From contig CAWFFN010000008.1 in assembly GCA_963815115.1 (NCBI GenBank), positions 736,001 to 800,000 of the forward strand: DNA of 64,000 bases. The letters are read 5' to 3'. Below the pieces are notes generated by a model that was not told where the DNA came from, made no database searches, and saw nothing but the letters and a program-made list of their open reading frames with translations. The position numbers and the translations under genes were made by a program. Numbering within the stretch: position 1 is the stretch's first letter; each line of letters begins with the position of its first letter. Positions 60,064-64,000 of this stretch are shown here, one piece after another. The DNA is from an uncultured delta proteobacterium (GTDB taxonomy: Bacteria > Desulfobacterota > Binatia > DP-6).

Positions 60064-60360
60064 ATGGCAACCGCTGCAACCAAGGTCGGACCGAAGTTCC
60101 AGGTCACCATCCCGAAGAACGTCCGGGATGCCGTCGGGCTGAAGGTGGGCGACCTGGTCGAGGCCTCCGTGGGGCGCGAGGGCATCGTCCTCCGCCAGAA
60201 GGTTCTCATCGACAAGCCAGTGAGCCTGGCAAGGCAGCTCGAGGAATCGGAAGCGGCGGTGAAGGCGGGGCGGGTCCTCGGACCGTTCAAGTCGGCCGGT
60301 ACCGCAATGAGGGCCGTGAAAGCCCATGCGCGCCGTGCTGACCGAACCGTTCGCCGCTAA
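60064..60360 (+). CDS. AbrB/MazE-family antitoxin, copy 3
   Basis: Near-identical to 34155-34451. Confidence 0.9.
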   Translation: MATAATKVGPKFQVTIPKNVRDAVGLKVGDLVEASVGREGIVLRQKVLIDKPVSLARQLEESEAAVKAGRVLGPFKSAGTAMRAVKAHARRADRTVRR

Positions 60361-60571
60361 CCTGATCGCGAGCCCGCCGGAGGTCCAGAAGGCTTTCGGC
60401 AAGCAGCTCACGAATCTCCTCCGCGACCTGCGCCACCCTTCCCTGCGAGCGAAGAAGTACGAGGAACGCACGGGCCTCTGGCAAGCCCGGATCAACGACG
60501 ACTGGCGGATGTACTTCACCATCGAGGGCGACGTCTACGTGCTGCGAGCGATCACGCCTCACCCGAAGTAG
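60326..60571 (+). CDS. RelE-superfamily toxin, copy 3
   Basis: Protein identical to 34417-34662. Confidence 0.85.
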   Translation: MRAVLTEPFAANLIASPPEVQKAFGKQLTNLLRDLRHPSLRAKKYEERTGLWQARINDDWRMYFTIEGDVYVLRAITPHPK

Positions 60572-60612
60572 CTCGCTCGTGCAGGGTGCGACGGCCACAC
60601 TCTCGAGCGGCG

Positions 60613-60817
60613 GAATCAGTAGGTCAGTGTCCTCGACTGAGCATCGGTCAGTCTCCATCCAGTCACCATGCCCATGCCTCCCGGTGCCTGCCGATGGATG
60701 AGCGCGACGCGTAACCTCCGAATCTTCCGAGACACGGCCACCCGCCGGAACCTCCCGGCAACCTCCTGCGTCCTTTCGTAATTAGTAGCTCGCCGGTTCG
60801 ACTCCGGCGGGTGGCTC
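60613..60817 (+). repeat. att-like repeat copy 3 with tRNA-Thr(CGT) 3' half
   Basis: Near-identical to 34704-34907. Confidence 0.92.
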
Positions 60818-61200
60818 TAGAATTCTCCGTCTTTTGTGGGGCTTGCACGACCCGCACCGGGATAGTGGAGGTTTCATCGCACCGGTGTGTGCCTATGGTG
60901 TGCCTCTCTCCACAGCGCGCGCTTCAGAGTTGTCGTCGCAGCCTGGTTCGAGGGCCAACCGATGGCAGAACAGTCGACCCAGCCGCAGCCCAATGACCTT
61001 CGTGAGACATTCCATGAGGCGTTGACCGACTTCTCTCGGTTCGCTCAGAAGCGCCAGACGGCGAAGGCGCAAGCAGCGTTGCACCGGCTGTTCACAACGC
61101 TCATCGACGTCGACCGAGATGGCGACGTGGTCGGCTCGCGGATCACTGGTGGAAGCAAGAATGCATCCTCCCGCATGAACCAGAAGGGCTTCAGGGATGC

Positions 61201-61374
61201 GGGCACGGCTGCGCGCTCGGCCAGGTGCAGGGCGGCACGTCGCTGAACGCGATTCAGCAGCTCCTCGGGCATAGCTCGCTCGCCACGACGAGCGTCTACC
61301 TCCGCAACATCGCCCCCGCGGCGGCCGTTGCCGAGGCGACGGCCAAGACGGCGCACCTGACGGTTGAGCCGTAG
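61201..61374 (+). pseudogene. tyrosine recombinase C-terminal remnant
   Basis: GHGCALGQVQGGTSLNAIQQLLGHSSLATTSVYL: box II LLGH...TT..Y. Confidence 0.75.
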
Positions 61375-61540
61375 CCGGCGGCACAGGGAAGACGTTTCCC
61401 GGGCTCAGCACATCGTCGCGGGCCGCGATGCAGGTCGCGAGAGGAACTCTCGCACCGCGACACCGCGCCCGGCATGCACGTTCGCGACGCGTCCTGACCT
61501 TCCCCACCACCTCCGGTTGATGGCATGCTGGGGCCGCGCG

Positions 61541-62072
61541 ATGGCACGGGACCCGCGAGACGTGCTGCGCCGGGCAGCGTTCGGCACGATCCTCTTCGTT
61601 CTGCTCGCGCCAGGTACCGTGGTCGTCCTCGGGCCGTGGCTCCTCACCGGCTGGCGCTTCGCGCCGCCGTTGCTCGGGTGGAGCATGACGCGCTGGCTCG
61701 GGGCCGTGCTCCTTGTGCTCGCATTGCCGCTCTTTGCCGCATTCAACCTGCGCTTCGTGATCGAGGGGCCACGGGACGCCTGCGCCGATCGCCCCGACCG
61801 AACTTCTCGTCGTGGGAGGACCATTCCGCTGGGTGCGCAACCCGGGCTACGTCTCGGTAATCGCCCTCCTGGTAGGACAGGCATTGCTCTTCGCGAGCCC
61901 CGGCCTCTTCGGGTATGCGGCCGTCGTCGCACTCGCCTTTCACCTCTTCGTCGTGCTCTACGAGGAGCCGACATTGCGACGGCAGTTCGGCGCGGAGTAC
62001 GAGACGTACTGCCGCGCCGTACCGCGGTGGATTCCGCGGCTCCGGCCCGCAGCGAAGCCACCACCCTGCTGA
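61541..62072 (+). pseudogene. isoprenylcysteine / PEMT methyltransferase, frameshifted
   Basis: GTPAP...GGPFRWVRNPGY...YEEPTLRRQFGAEY; shift near 61770. Confidence 0.75.
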
Positions 62073-62099
62073 CGCGCTGGGCGCGCGGGGATCGCCGGG

Positions 62100-62614
62100 A
62101 ACGAGACCACGCGAAACGCGATGACGGGCGGCGTGCTCGCCTTCCTTGAGCATCCCGGCGAATGGCGGCGCCTCCGCGCGGACCCCGCGCTCCTCGACAC
62201 CGCCGTCGAGGAGATCGTAGGCTGGACGACGCCGGTCATCCAGTTTGATCGCACGGCGACCCGTGACTACACGCTGCGTGAGACGACCATCCGGAAAGGC
62301 CAGGCGGTGTGCCCCTTCTACCCCTCGGCGAACCGCGACGAGGACGTGTTCGCCGATCCCTTCGCCTTTCGCATCGATCGCGTGCCGAACGAGCACATCG
62401 GCTTCGGCATCGGCGACATGTCTGCCTGGGCGCGCATCTCGCCCGGCTCGAACTGCGCCACGCCTTCATGCAGCTTCGCGACCGACTCGAGCACTGCGAA
62501 CTCGCGGGTCCCGTCGAACGTGTGCGATCGAGCTTCGTCGGGGGAATCAAGCATGCGCCGATGCACTGGAGGATCGCGGGAGGGCGCGGGGCGGGGACGA
62601 GCCCGGGCGGGTAA
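62100..62614 (+). pseudogene. cytochrome P450 C-terminal fragment
   Basis: AVEEIVGWTTPV...SANRDE...HIGFG / HVCLGAHLARLE. Confidence 0.8.
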
Positions 62615-63148
62615 GCCGGCGTCGTGCGGCCGATGAGGCCCTTGGAAGGCGAGACGTTCCAGGGCCTCGTTTCTTCTGCGCCCGCGGCCGCTCGGGGGGG
62701 CTGGCTGGTAGGAGGTCGCTTGCTATGGCGAGACACCGCGGCCCTGCGAACACGGCAGGGCAGCACTGGGTCCCGCTAACGATCCCCAGGCGGTTCCGGC
62801 GTGGAGCGCGAAGGCTCGCGGAACGTTGTCGTTGGCGGATTCGAGAGGAATCGGATGCGCTTCTACCCCACCACCCTCACCGGTCGCCAGCAGACGCGCC
62901 AGGAGGGCGGAGTGACACGGCCACGGAAAGCCGGCCGTCTCCGCCGGGACCTTGACGTCGCGGCGCGCTCGGGGGTAGGGCCCACGGCATGCGTGGAGAC
63001 GCCGTGAGGAGGGTGCACGATCTACTCGTCGCCGGGGCTGCCGGGCGTACTCCCCGCGCGCTCGCCGCCCGATCGTGATCGCCGACGCCGACTTCGACCT
63101 GGCGGTCGCCGCGGCTGACACGCTCGTCGTTGGCCTTCATCAGAAGAC

Positions 63149-63850
63149 ATGACTTCGCCGCATCGCAGCGCCGCACGGGCCACAAGTCCTCATTGGACCA
63201 TCGCCCAAGCGTTCATGGAGTGGGATCCGCTTGTCCGAATCTATGAGAGTCGCCTGTGGAGACGGAGCCCGCTCCTCACGCTCCTGACCGGGATATCCTT
63301 CGATCGCGAATACTCGCTGATTGCGGCGGCTCTTCAGATCGATACCGCGCATCGCATCCTCGACCTCGCCTGCGGTCCTGGCATCTACACTCGCAGATTC
63401 GCTCAGCACCGTCCCGAAGCTGCAGTTGTCGGCATGGACCTGTCCGCACCGATGCTCGGCTACGCTGTGCGCCGGGCGCGGGAGGCGCGGCTGGCCAACG
63501 TGGCACTTGTCCGTGGCGACGCGTTGGCGTTCCCTTTCAGGGCGAATCTTTTCGATGGCGTCAACTGTTGCGGCGCGTTGCACCTATTTCCTGACGTCGA
63601 TGGGGTCTTGAGCGAGATCCGCCGTGTACTCCGCGAGGGAGGCCGCCTGACCATCGCGGCATTCCGCCGGGGCGACAGCACGTTCGCCAGGGCCCGAGCA
63701 GACCTCCGTCGGCGGCTCTACGGCGTCGACGCCTTCAGCCCGACCGGGCTCAGAGAGCGCCTCGAAGGCGCCGGTTTCTCACATGTCCGCTGCCTCCACG
63801 CGGCAGGAGTCTGGCTGGTCATCTCCGCCGAGACGACGAAGGCTGCGTAA
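63149..63850 (+). CDS. class I SAM-dependent methyltransferase
   Basis: ILDLACGPG, DLSAPML, GDALAFPF, EIRRVLREGG. Confidence 0.9.
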   Translation: MTSPHRSAARATSPHWTIAQAFMEWDPLVRIYESRLWRRSPLLTLLTGISFDREYSLIAAALQIDTAHRILDLACGPGIYTRRFAQHRPEAAVVGMDLSAPMLGYAVRRAREARLANVALVRGDALAFPFRANLFDGVNCCGALHLFPDVDGVLSEIRRVLREGGRLTIAAFRRGDSTFARARADLRRRLYGVDAFSPTGLRERLEGAGFSHVRCLHAAGVWLVISAETTKAA

Positions 63851-64000
63851 CAAGAGTAGCTCCTTTCCTCCGCAGGAAGGGCCCTTTCTGTAGCATCTCG
63901 CGGCCCCATGACCGACGAAGCGAACACCGGATGGCTCGAGCCGCCACTTCTCCAAGTGGGAAGTCCGGGACAGCAGCCTATGGTTGGTGCAGCACCTTGC

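Noticed and set aside
63843-63900. attC starting at the TAAC stop of the methyltransferase
   Set aside because: No complementary L' or R' boxes downstream.

Overview
GC-rich bacterial DNA. Its gene style (Cys-rich secreted fragments, F420-type oxidoreductases, CarH-regulated carotenoid genes) suggests a Binatia/Myxococcota-like deltaproteobacterium; this is inference only. The window has no housekeeping genes, rRNA or complete tRNA and reads as an accessory, island-dense region. Intact cargo includes a TetR/molybdopterin-oxidoreductase/SDR catabolic cluster, a B12-photoreceptor (CarH) carotenoid cluster, a SWIM-SNF2 helicase facing an AEP-primase/SF2 helicase, an AHL/penicillin-type acylase and several TA pairs. 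These are interleaved with IS3/IS110 elements and more than 15 abruptly truncated gene fragments. The main unexplained structure is a ~200-bp non-coding unit present 4 times. It ends in the 3' half of tRNA-Thr(CGT), carries tandem arm-like motifs and an internal inverted repeat, and always lies just downstream of a toxin-antitoxin operon. A fifth tRNA-Thr core with different arms and two tRNA-Gly(CCC) 3'-half direct repeats bracketing a 20.7-kb block are also present. The only integrase trace is a 57-codon tyrosine-recombinase remnant.
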